Below, piece after piece: positions 10,252-18,811 of a stretch of 32,000 bases of DNA; the first letter of the stretch is position 1, and each line of letters starts with the position of its first letter. Source of the stretch: Candidatus Saccharimonadota bacterium (lineage in GTDB: Bacteria; Pseudomonadota; Gammaproteobacteria; Enterobacterales; Enterobacteriaceae); the NCBI GenBank assembly GCA_049942775.1, contig CP188087.1, positions 90,001 through 122,000 on the forward strand, written 5' to 3'. The notes under the pieces were generated by a model. It did not search any database. It saw only the letters and a list, made by a program, of their open reading frames with translations, and was not told the origin of the DNA. The position numbers were made by a program, and so were the translations under genes.

Positions 10252-11895
10252 ATGTTGAAAGTTAAAAAAAAAATCTTAGTAACTTGTGCTTTTCCATATG
10301 CAAATGGTTCTATTCATTTAGGTCATTTATTAGAACAGATTCAAGCAGATATTTGGGTTCGTTTTCAAAGAATGCAAGGAAATATAGTATGGTTCATTTG
10401 TTCAGACGATAGTCATGGTACGGCTATTATGTTGCAGTCTAAAAAGAAAAAAATAATTCCAGAAAAATTTGTGTCTTTAATATTAAAAGAACATAAAAAA
10501 GATTTTTCTTGTTTTGATATTTCACATGATTATTATTCTTCTACACATACTAAAGAAAATTATTATTTTGTAAAGAAAATTTTTTTTTCTCTTATGAAAA
10601 AAGGGTTTATAAAAAAGAGACATATTTTACAAATGTATGATTTACAAGAAAACATTTTTTTACCTGACAGATTGATATTAGGGAGTTGTCCAGTTTGTTC
10701 TTCTTCTAATCAGTTTGGAGATAATTGTGAAGTATGTAGTTCTATTTATGAAGCACACGAATTGATTAATCCTATTTCTTGTTTATCTAAAAGCAAACCT
10801 GTTTTACGTCGTTCGAAACATTTGTTTTTTGATTTACCTGCTTTTAAAGATATGTTAATTAATTGGATTAATTCTGGAGTATTATCTAATTCTGTGTTAA
10901 ATAAAACTAAAGAATGGTTTGCTACTGGATTAAAAGAATGGAATATCTCAAGAGATTGTCCTTATTTTGGATTTAAAATTCCTAATTTTCCAAAGAAATA
11001 TTTTTATGTTTGGTTTGATGCACCTATAGGTTATATAAGTTGTTTTAAAAAATTTTGTAAAAAAAAAATAAATATTTCTTTTACAGAATACTGGAATAGC
11101 AACGATAGTCACTTATATCATTTTATTGGAAAAGATATAATTTATTTTCATAGTTTATTTTGGCCAGCAATACTAGAAGGTAGTGGTTTTAGAAAACCTA
11201 CAAAAATTTTTGTTCATGGTTACGTAACTATTAAAGGTCAAAAAATTTCTAAATCTAAAGGTTCAGCAATATTAGCAAAAGATTGGATCAAATATTTTGA
11301 TTCAGATAGTATTCGTTATTTTTATGCTTCTAAATTATCATCTAAAATTGAAGATATTGAAGTTGATTTAATAGAAATAATACAGAAAGTAAATTCTGAC
11401 TTAGTAAATAAAGTAGTTAATTTAGCGACTAGAACTGGTAAAATAATAAGTTCTTATTTTTCTAATATTTTATCCGATTCTATTGATAATAGCATATACA
11501 ATAAAGTAATTGATACTAGTAAAGATTTTCTAAATCTAATTCTTAATAGAGAATATAAGAAAGCAATTATTTTAGTTATTTCTTTAGCTAATTTAGGAAA
11601 TAAATATGTTAATTTAAAACAACCTTGGAATATAGTTAAATTGTATAATTCTAATGATTTTAATATAAAAGAAGCTCAATTGGTTTGTACAACAGGAATA
11701 AATATTTTTCGTGTTTTAATGATTTATTTAAAACCTATTACAACTGTATTGGCTAAAACAACAGAACGTTTTTTAAACACAACATTATCTTGGGAAAATA
11801 TAAATGTTCCTTTATTAAATCACAAAATTTCTTATTTTTCTCCAATTTATTCAAAATTAGATGAAAATATGGTTCATTTATTATTAAAAAAATAA
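10252..11895 (+). CDS. metG: Methionyl-tRNA synthetase (short form lacking the C-terminal tRNA-binding/dimerisation domain)
   Basis: 547 aa. It has the HIGH-type motif PYANGSIHLGH, the zinc knuckle CPVCSS...CEVCSS, and the KMSKS-type motif KISKSKG. An AGGAG Shine-Dalgarno sits at 10238..10242. Confidence 0.95.
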   Translation: MLKVKKKILVTCAFPYANGSIHLGHLLEQIQADIWVRFQRMQGNIVWFICSDDSHGTAIMLQSKKKKIIPEKFVSLILKEHKKDFSCFDISHDYYSSTHTKENYYFVKKIFFSLMKKGFIKKRHILQMYDLQENIFLPDRLILGSCPVCSSSNQFGDNCEVCSSIYEAHELINPISCLSKSKPVLRRSKHLFFDLPAFKDMLINWINSGVLSNSVLNKTKEWFATGLKEWNISRDCPYFGFKIPNFPKKYFYVWFDAPIGYISCFKKFCKKKINISFTEYWNSNDSHLYHFIGKDIIYFHSLFWPAILEGSGFRKPTKIFVHGYVTIKGQKISKSKGSAILAKDWIKYFDSDSIRYFYASKLSSKIEDIEVDLIEIIQKVNSDLVNKVVNLATRTGKIISSYFSNILSDSIDNSIYNKVIDTSKDFLNLILNREYKKAIILVISLANLGNKYVNLKQPWNIVKLYNSNDFNIKEAQLVCTTGINIFRVLMIYLKPITTVLAKTTERFLNTTLSWENINVPLLNHKISYFSPIYSKLDENMVHLLLKK

Positions 11896-11944
11896 ATATG
11901 TTAATATTATTAGCAATAAATTTTTAAAAATATTTAAACTTGTT

Positions 11945-13264
11945 TTAAGTTTTGTTTTGTTCCCAACAAATACTCCAAGTTTTTTTTTTTATTTTATCTT
12001 TTTTAAAGGATGAAAAATAGTTTAATGCTATAATAAATTTGTTTTTATAATATAAAAATGGAATTTTAGTTCTTTCCCAAATTGGTATATTATTTTCATT
12101 CCAAAATTTTTTAATTGTCGTTTTTTTATTTTTTTTTATATAAAAGATTTTTTGATTTTCAACTAAAAATCGAATGTTGATTGTTAGTTTTTCTTCTTTG
12201 CTTATTGGTATTCTGTTTTCTTCTTTATTAAAAGATTTACTTTTTTTTAGTAGACCTAATTTATTTGGTAATACAAGTGGTATATTAATGTTTTTCCAAA
12301 ATAAAATTATATTTTTATTATTTTTTTCTTTCTCTATTATATAAATGGAATGTTTATATCTACAAATTTTATATTTATTAAATAATAAAACAGGATTCGT
12401 GTTTTTTGGCATTAAAATTACTTTTTCATATATTTGTTTAATCATTTTACACGATGGTTTCTTTTTTTTATGTAAAGAAATCCAATATCTTAAAATTAAA
12501 TTTATAAAAGATTTTTTTAGATTTTTAAATCCATCTATATTTAGTGATTTATCTTTGTTAATTTTTTTTTTTATTTTTTTTTTTGTTGTAATTTCTAATA
12601 ATTTTTTTTCTTCAGCACAAAGTTGAATACTTCTATAACAAGTATTTTTAAAAAAATACCATCTAGATTCAAACAATGGAATTATTTTTTTTCTTATAAA
12701 GTTTCTATCATTTGTTGTATCTTGGTTAGATGGATCTTCTATCCAAGATAGATTTTTTTTAACAGCCCATTGAATTATTGTTTTTTTTGTTATTCCTAAA
12801 AACGGTCTAAGATGTAAATTTTTTCCAATTTTTTTTTTATAAGACATAGATGAAAGTCCAGTTGGACCACTTCCTCGTTTCAAAGCTAAAAAAAATGTTT
12901 CGCATTGATCGTCTAAATTATGAGCTGTTAATAAAATTTCATCTTTTTTTAGTTCTTCTTTTATTTTTTTATATCTTTGTTTCCTTAGACTAGCTTCAAG
13001 TCCGTTTTTTTTACAGCAAATGTTTTTTATTTTTTTTATTGTAATTTCTACTTTTTGTTTTTTACATACATCTTTGCAAAATCGACTCCAATTGTGAGAT
13101 TCTTTTTGCACGGCATGATTAATGTGAATTGCTCTAAATTTAATTTTTTTGTTTTTTTTTTTTATAAATATAAACTTATGTAGTAAAACTGTGGAATCTA
13201 CTCCTCCACTAAATGCAATTAAAAATTTATTTTTTTTATATTTTTCAACAATATTTTTAATCAA
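11945..13264 (-). CDS. tilS: tRNA(Ile)-lysidine synthase
   Basis: 439 aa. It has the N-terminal PP-loop FSGGVDSTVLLH, plus HINHAVQKES and LTAHNLDDQCETFFL. The length is comparable to E. coli TilS/MesJ. Confidence 0.9.
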   Translation of the reverse strand: MIKNIVEKYKKNKFLIAFSGGVDSTVLLHKFIFIKKKNKKIKFRAIHINHAVQKESHNWSRFCKDVCKKQKVEITIKKIKNICCKKNGLEASLRKQRYKKIKEELKKDEILLTAHNLDDQCETFFLALKRGSGPTGLSSMSYKKKIGKNLHLRPFLGITKKTIIQWAVKKNLSWIEDPSNQDTTNDRNFIRKKIIPLFESRWYFFKNTCYRSIQLCAEEKKLLEITTKKKIKKKINKDKSLNIDGFKNLKKSFINLILRYWISLHKKKKPSCKMIKQIYEKVILMPKNTNPVLLFNKYKICRYKHSIYIIEKEKNNKNIILFWKNINIPLVLPNKLGLLKKSKSFNKEENRIPISKEEKLTINIRFLVENQKIFYIKKNKKTTIKKFWNENNIPIWERTKIPFLYYKNKFIIALNYFSSFKKDKIKKKTWSICWEQNKT

Positions 13265-13308
13265 AATAATTTTTCCAGATTTTTTTTAGATTTTTTTTAA
13301 AAAAATTA

Positions 13309-13382
13309 TACGTCCGAGTGGATTTGAACCACTGGCTTTCACCGTGTCATAGTGATACTCTACCTAACTGAGTTACGGACGT
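13309..13382 (-). tRNA. tRNA-Val (anticodon GAC), no encoded CCA
   Basis: The reverse complement reads ACGTCCGTAACTCAGTTAGGTAGAGTATCACTATGACACGGTGAAAGCCAGTGGTTCAAATCCACTCGGACGTA. It folds as a cloverleaf: 7-bp acceptor stem, D arm ACTC/GAGT, anticodon stem TCACT/GGTGA with loop AT-GAC-AC, and T arm AGTGG-TTCAAAT-CCACT. It is close to my recollection of E. coli tRNA-Val(GAC). The 3' flank is TAA, not CCA. Confidence 0.93.
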
Positions 13383-13535
13383 AGATTTATTGAATAAATT
13401 GAATGTTTAATATAACAAAAAACGTATTTTCGTAGTTATTTTAACCAACTATTTTTTACATTGCAATATTTTAGTTTTTTTTTAAAATTTTAGTTTATTA
13501 TTTTTTAATATATTAAATAAGAGGAATTAATCAAT

Positions 13536-14159
13536 TTGTTTACTGGAATAATTGATACGATAGCAAAAGTTTTTTCTTTGAAACAAAAAAATGGGTTTTT
13601 AGTATTAACTGTCTTTATAAAAGATTCGGGTTTTTTAAATGATTTAAAATTAGGTTCTTCAATATCTAATAACGGATGTTGTCTAAGCGTAGTTAAAATA
13701 AATGGTAATTTAGTTAGTTTTCAGATCATAAAAAAAACTTTTAGTTCTACTAATTTTTGTTTTTTAAAAAAAAATGATAATTTGAATTTAGAGAAATCTA
13801 AAAAGTTTTCTGAAGAAATTGGAGGACATATTGTATACGGACATGTTTCAGCAGTTGCTTCTGTTTTAAAAATGGAAAATTATTTCAATAATAAATCTAT
13901 TGAATTAATAATGAGAGATAAAAAAATTAATAAATATTTAATTGAAAAGGGTTCAATTTGTATAGATGGAATTAGTTTAACAATAGGTAAAGTTACACAA
14001 AAGTCTTTTTTTGTTTATTTAATTCCAGATACTTTAATTAGAACTAATATCGGTGATAGAATGGTTGGGGATATTGTTAATATTGAAGTTGATTATATTA
14101 CAAAAGTAATTGTAGATACAGTTTTAAATAATAAAAATTTTGTAAAAACATTTATTTAG
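13536..14159 (+). CDS. ribE: Riboflavin synthase (alpha chain; called ribE or ribC depending on nomenclature)
   Basis: 207 aa. MFTGIIDTIAKV, NGCCLSVVKINGN..SFQI, FSEEIGGHIVYGHV, IDGISLTIGKV and YLIPDTL match E. coli riboflavin synthase. The start is TTG, with GAGGA at 13521..13525. Confidence 0.92.
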   Translation: MFTGIIDTIAKVFSLKQKNGFLVLTVFIKDSGFLNDLKLGSSISNNGCCLSVVKINGNLVSFQIIKKTFSSTNFCFLKKNDNLNLEKSKKFSEEIGGHIVYGHVSAVASVLKMENYFNNKSIELIMRDKKINKYLIEKGSICIDGISLTIGKVTQKSFFVYLIPDTLIRTNIGDRMVGDIVNIEVDYITKVIVDTVLNNKNFVKTFI

Positions 14160-14320
14160 AATTGTTTAATACTGTTGGAGATCTAGATTCTAAAAAAATA
14201 AAATGAAATATTAAAATATTAATTTAAAGGTAATTTATGTAAAGTTAAATTTATTTAATATAATGAATTTTATTAGATTTTTTATTTCATAATTATTTTA
14301 TTTATAAGTAAAAAATTAAG

Positions 14321-14953
14321 ATGAATAAGTTAAAAAGATTAGAAATATTAAAAATATTTAACAAAAGCAATCCATTTCCAAAAACAGAACTAAAATACAA
14401 AAGTTCTTTTGAATTATTAATTGCAATTTTATTATCAGCTAGATCTAAAGATTCAATAGTTAATAAATCTACAAAAAATTTATTTTTAGTAGCAAACAAT
14501 CCAAAAAAAATTGTTCAATTAGGGTTGAATAGATTAAAAAAATATATAAAAAATATTAATTTTTATAATAAAAAAGCAAATTATATTATCAAAATATCTA
14601 ATATATTAGATAAGAAATATTTTGGGAAAATTCCAAATAATAAAATTAATTTATTACAATTACCTGGGGTAGGAAGAAAAACTGCTAATGTTTTTTTAAA
14701 TACTGTTTTTAATAAAAAAACAATTGGAATAGATACTCACGTATATCGTGTTTGTAATAGAACTAATTTTGCTGTAGAAAATAATTATTTTTCATTAGAG
14801 AAAAAAATAATAAAACTTATTCCTAATAAATTTAAATTAAATTTTCATAATTGGTTTGTTTTACATGGTAGATATATTTGTACTGCTAGGAGAATGAAAT
14901 GTAAAATTTGTATTATTAATGAATTATGTGAGTTTAAAAATAAAAATATTTAA
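14321..14953 (+). CDS. nth: Endonuclease III (DNA glycosylase/AP lyase)
   Basis: 210 aa. MNKLKRLEIL matches E. coli MNKAKRLEIL. The HhH-GPD motif LPGVGRKTANVFLN and DTHVYRV are present. The C-terminal 4Fe-4S cluster is CTARRMKCKICIINELC (C-x6-C-x2-C-x5-C). Confidence 0.95.
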   Translation: MNKLKRLEILKIFNKSNPFPKTELKYKSSFELLIAILLSARSKDSIVNKSTKNLFLVANNPKKIVQLGLNRLKKYIKNINFYNKKANYIIKISNILDKKYFGKIPNNKINLLQLPGVGRKTANVFLNTVFNKKTIGIDTHVYRVCNRTNFAVENNYFSLEKKIIKLIPNKFKLNFHNWFVLHGRYICTARRMKCKICIINELCEFKNKNI

Positions 14954-15004
14954 AAAAAACTTTAAAAAAAACTTAAAAAAAATATGTTAAATTCAATTTA
15001 TTGA

Positions 15005-15028
15005 TAAATATTTTCATGAAAATATTTA
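15005..15028. repeat. Perfect 24-bp palindrome in the nth-priA spacer
   Basis: TAAATATTTTCATGAAAATATTTA equals its own reverse complement, checked base by base. It is centred on CATG. Confidence 0.9.
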
Positions 15029-15057
15029 AATTTGAAATTTGATTTTCGAAAGGTATT

Positions 15058-17328
15058 TTGATATTTTTGTTTTTTAAAATAAAAACTTTAAAATTTGGAT
15101 ATCAGTTGGTTATACTACGTGTTGTTTTTCCTATTTTTTCGGAGAAAAAATTTGAATATTTGTTTTTAAAAAATAAAAATATAGACTATTCTATAATAGG
15201 ATCTCGTGTTTTAGTTCCATTTAAAAAATTAAAATTAATAGGTATTGTTGTTTCTTTTTATTTTTCAAATAAAAAAAATATATATATTAAATTGAAAAGA
15301 ATTTGTGTTGTAATTGATAAAAGTTCTATTTATACAATTAATTTGTTAAATTTTTTGAATTGGATTTCAAAATATTATTTGAAACCTTTCGGATATACTT
15401 TATTCTATTTTTTACCAAAATTATTTAAGAAAGATAAATTTTTACAAACTGATTTATTTTTTCATTGGAAAATAACAAAAAAAGGGAAAAAAAGTAATTT
15501 AAATATATTTTCCTATAATAAGGAATATTTTCAAGTTTTAGAATTATTAAAAAAAAAAAATATTTTTCCATATGAACTAATTAAATTAAAAATTTCTTCT
15601 TCTATTTTAAAAAAAATAAAAAATGATGGATTATGTAGTTTTTCTTTAGTTTCTAAAAAAGATTCTATTTGGTTAAATTTAATTAAATTTAAGTCTTTGA
15701 TAAAAAAAATTAAAAATAAAGATTTTATTTTTGATGTTTTTGGGAAATATGAAAAAAAATTTTCTATTTATTTACTAATTGAACTTAGAATAGTTTTTTT
15801 ACAAAATATTTTTTTTAAAAATTTATTTAATTTAGTATTAAACAAGGGTTCGCAAATATTAATTTTAGTTCCTAGCAAAGTTGATTTACGTGCTTATTTT
15901 TCTTTCGTTCAATCTAATTTTAACGTTCCTGTTGATTATATACATTCAAATACTTCTAATAAAAGACATGCTTTAGTTTGGAACAAAATAAATAATTCAG
16001 AGATTGCTATCTTAGTAGGAACATCTAGATCTTTGTTTATGCCTTTTTCTTCTCTCGGTTTAATTTTAGTCGTTGAAGAACATGATCTGTCTTATAAAAA
16101 ATCAGGTGTAATATCTTTTAATGTAAGAAATTTAGCTATTCTTCGAGCTAAAATTGAAAATGTTTCCATAATTCTTCAATCAAATACTCCTTCTTTAGAC
16201 AGTTTGTATAATTTAAATATTGGTAAATATAAAAAATTAAAAATTAATTCATTTTATAAAAATAAAAAAAATAACATAATAAAGACAAGTATAATAAATG
16301 CAAACAAAGGTAGCTTTTATGAAATATTTTCTTATGAATTGATAGAATATTTAAAATATTCCTTAAATAAAAATAATTCGATAATTTTAATTTTTAATAA
16401 ATTAATAGTATTTTTTTTAAAATTAACATGTATAAAATGTAAATGGGAAGCAAGATGTTTAGTTTGTTTTTGTCTTTATAATTTTAATCCTAAAAATAAT
16501 CTTTTATTTTGTAGAAATTGTCTATTTAGTATTTCTAAGCCGGTTGTATGTTTGAATTGTGGTTCAAATTTTTTAAAAACAAAAAAATATAGTTTTAATG
16601 ATTGTATAAAATTAGTAAAAAAAATTTTTTTTAACTATAATCAAAAATATTTTTTTGATTTTTTAGATAAAAGTTTTTGTTTTGAATTAAAAAAATTAGA
16701 TTTTAATTATAGTTATAATTATATTTATATATATAAAAATAAAGAAAATTCTTCTATTTTTACTAATTCATACAAAAAAATCATTATTTTTTTATCCATA
16801 GACCACATTTTTCATGTCTATAGTTATCGTGTTTTTGAATATTTTTCTCAATTTTATTTTCAAATAATTAATTTATTTTTAAACAGTGTTAAAATAATTG
16901 AAATTTTTTTTCAAACTACTTTTATTAATGAAAGATATTTTGTAAATTTAATGAAAAATGATACTTATTTTGATTTTTCTAAGTATTTATTTCTTTTCTG
17001 TAAAAAAAAGAAACTACCTCCTTTCAGAAATCATGCAATAATAAGTGTTGTTAATAAAGATTTATATTATTGTATTGATTTTTTTTCTTTTTTAAAAACT
17101 GTTATTTTAGATCTATGTATAATCAGTTCAGAATGTTTATGGATTTACGGTCCAATATTTAATTTTAAAAGTTTTGTTTTTAAATTTAATTCTCATATTC
17201 TTATGATACAAACTTCTTCTAGATATAGTACACATAGATTTTTAAGAAAATTAGTTCGTATTATTAAAAAAAATAGATATTTTGAAAAAATTAATTGGAA
17301 AATAGACTTAGACCCTGTTGATTTTTAA
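15058..17328 (+). CDS. priA: Primosomal protein N' (PriA) homologue, highly diverged with eroded ATPase motifs
   Basis: The 756-codon frame is colinear with E. coli PriA. Matches include the N-terminus (RVLVPF...IGIVVS), LVPS, AILVGTSRSLFMPF, VVEEHD (the DEEH box), the four CxxC pairs (CIKC..CLVC..CRNC..CLNC), KLPPF, GPI and the C-terminus WKIDLDPVDF. The start is uncertain: TTG at 15058, or the in-frame TTG at 15106, which aligns better with the E. coli N-terminus. Confidence 0.8.
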   Translation: MIFLFFKIKTLKFGYQLVILRVVFPIFSEKKFEYLFLKNKNIDYSIIGSRVLVPFKKLKLIGIVVSFYFSNKKNIYIKLKRICVVIDKSSIYTINLLNFLNWISKYYLKPFGYTLFYFLPKLFKKDKFLQTDLFFHWKITKKGKKSNLNIFSYNKEYFQVLELLKKKNIFPYELIKLKISSSILKKIKNDGLCSFSLVSKKDSIWLNLIKFKSLIKKIKNKDFIFDVFGKYEKKFSIYLLIELRIVFLQNIFFKNLFNLVLNKGSQILILVPSKVDLRAYFSFVQSNFNVPVDYIHSNTSNKRHALVWNKINNSEIAILVGTSRSLFMPFSSLGLILVVEEHDLSYKKSGVISFNVRNLAILRAKIENVSIILQSNTPSLDSLYNLNIGKYKKLKINSFYKNKKNNIIKTSIINANKGSFYEIFSYELIEYLKYSLNKNNSIILIFNKLIVFFLKLTCIKCKWEARCLVCFCLYNFNPKNNLLFCRNCLFSISKPVVCLNCGSNFLKTKKYSFNDCIKLVKKIFFNYNQKYFFDFLDKSFCFELKKLDFNYSYNYIYIYKNKENSSIFTNSYKKIIIFLSIDHIFHVYSYRVFEYFSQFYFQIINLFLNSVKIIEIFFQTTFINERYFVNLMKNDTYFDFSKYLFLFCKKKKLPPFRNHAIISVVNKDLYYCIDFFSFLKTVILDLCIISSECLWIYGPIFNFKSFVFKFNSHILMIQTSSRYSTHRFLRKLVRIIKKNRYFEKINWKIDLDPVDF

Positions 17329-17506
17329 CTTTAAAAAAAAACAAACAATTATTATTGTTTTAATAAAATTTATAAAACAAAAATTTATTTTCGTTTTTTA
17401 AAATTGAACTGAAAATGTTTTTTTAATGATTTTTATATATTTAAAACCATTTCAGTTAATAGTTAGCGTATTAAATTAAAAAATCAGAATTTAGGAATTA
17501 ATTATT

Positions 17507-18784
17507 ATGTTTAAAAATATAATTGATGAATTAAAATTAAGAAATTTAATTTTCCAAATTAGTGATGAAAAAAAAATAGTTAAAGAAATTAAATCATCAA
17601 ACTTGCGTTCAGTTTATTGTGGTTTTGATTCTACTGCAGACAGCTTACATTTAGGACATTTAATACCTTTATTAGTTTTAAAACGTTTTCAGAATTTTGG
17701 ATTTATTCCAATAATTGTAATTGGAGGAGCAACTAGTTTAGTTGGAGATCCTAGTTTTAAAAGAAAGGAAAGAGTATTAAATACTGTTAATGATATAAAG
17801 AATTGGAATACAAAAATATCGTTGCAAATTTCTTCTTTTTTAAATAAAAATAGTAAATCAAATCATGCAATTATTTTAAATAATTATGATTGGTTTAAAA
17901 AAATGGAAATTATTTATTTTTTACGAGAAATAGGTAAACATTATTCAATTAATAAAATGATTTCTAGAGATTCAGTAAAAGAGAGGATTGATCGTATAGG
18001 ACATGGAATTTCTTTTACAGAATTTTCTTATAGTTTATTGCAATCATATGACTTTTATATTTTGCACAAAAAATATAAAGTTAGTTTGCAAATAGGAGGT
18101 TCAGATCAATGGGGTAATATTGCTTCCGGTATCCATTTAATAAAAAGAATGTCTGGAAAACAAGTATTCGGATTAACTGTTCCTTTGTTTGTTAACAGTT
18201 CTGGAGAAAAAATGGGGAAAAGTCAAGGAAAACCGATTTGGTTAGATTCTACTAAAACCACCCCATATTTGTTTTATCAGTTTTGGATAAATATAGAAGA
18301 TAAAGATGTATACTCTTTTTTTAGGTGGTTTACGTTTTATAGTTATAAAAATATTGAAAAAATGGAATTTGAAAATAGTCTAAAAGATGATTTTTGTAGT
18401 AATGACCGAATAAAATTAGCTAAAACAATAACAAAGTTAGTACATGGAGAATTAGCAATGAGATCAGCAGTTAGAATTACTGAATGTTTGTTTTTTGGTT
18501 CGATAGAGAAATTACAGATTTCTGATTTTGAACAGTTAGAAAAAGATGGGTTATTTTCTGTTAGAATTAAAGGAAATATTGCTCTAAAAAAAGCATTGGT
18601 AATTTCTAAATTATGTTCTTCTCAAACACAAGCAAAACAAATGATTTTTTCTAATGCAATTTCTATAAATATGAAAAAAGTATTAAATGAAAATCATATC
18701 ATAACTAATGATGAAAAGTTATTCAATAGATTTACTTTGTTACAAAAAGGAAAAAAAAATTTTTCTTTGTTATGTTGGGAATAA
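17507..18784 (+). CDS. tyrS: Tyrosyl-tRNA synthetase
   Basis: 425 aa. It has HIGH-type DSLHLGHL and KMSKS-type KMGKSQG, plus LLQSYDF, GGSDQWGNI and a C-terminal S4-like domain. Confidence 0.95.
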   Translation: MFKNIIDELKLRNLIFQISDEKKIVKEIKSSNLRSVYCGFDSTADSLHLGHLIPLLVLKRFQNFGFIPIIVIGGATSLVGDPSFKRKERVLNTVNDIKNWNTKISLQISSFLNKNSKSNHAIILNNYDWFKKMEIIYFLREIGKHYSINKMISRDSVKERIDRIGHGISFTEFSYSLLQSYDFYILHKKYKVSLQIGGSDQWGNIASGIHLIKRMSGKQVFGLTVPLFVNSSGEKMGKSQGKPIWLDSTKTTPYLFYQFWINIEDKDVYSFFRWFTFYSYKNIEKMEFENSLKDDFCSNDRIKLAKTITKLVHGELAMRSAVRITECLFFGSIEKLQISDFEQLEKDGLFSVRIKGNIALKKALVISKLCSSQTQAKQMIFSNAISINMKKVLNENHIITNDEKLFNRFTLLQKGKKNFSLLCWE

Positions 18785-18811
18785 AATAGTTCTATGTATT
18801 GGTGATTTTTT

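Noticed and set aside
11934-11954. AAACTT/AAGTTT hairpin at the convergent metG/tilS junction, considered as a terminator.
   Set aside because: The stem is 6 bp with a single G:C pair and overlaps the tilS stop codon. It is too weak to call.
12345-12626. 93-aa plus-strand ORF inside tilS. Other antisense or overlapping ORFs in the track are at 2167..2418, 3087..3278, 5349..5579, 5898..6164, 14302..14499, 18708..18905, 25187..25489, 26935..27192, 27328..27513 and 28653..28916.
   Set aside because: Each overlaps a gene with strong homology support, has no motifs, and has a composition driven by A+T bias.
17407-17457. 8-bp inverted repeat AACTGAAA / TTTCAGTT, separated by 35 nt, upstream of tyrS. 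I considered it as a possible regulatory stem.
   Set aside because: The arms are short, the A+T-rich loop is large, and no known tyrS leader mechanism exists in gammaproteobacteria. It is plausibly chance.
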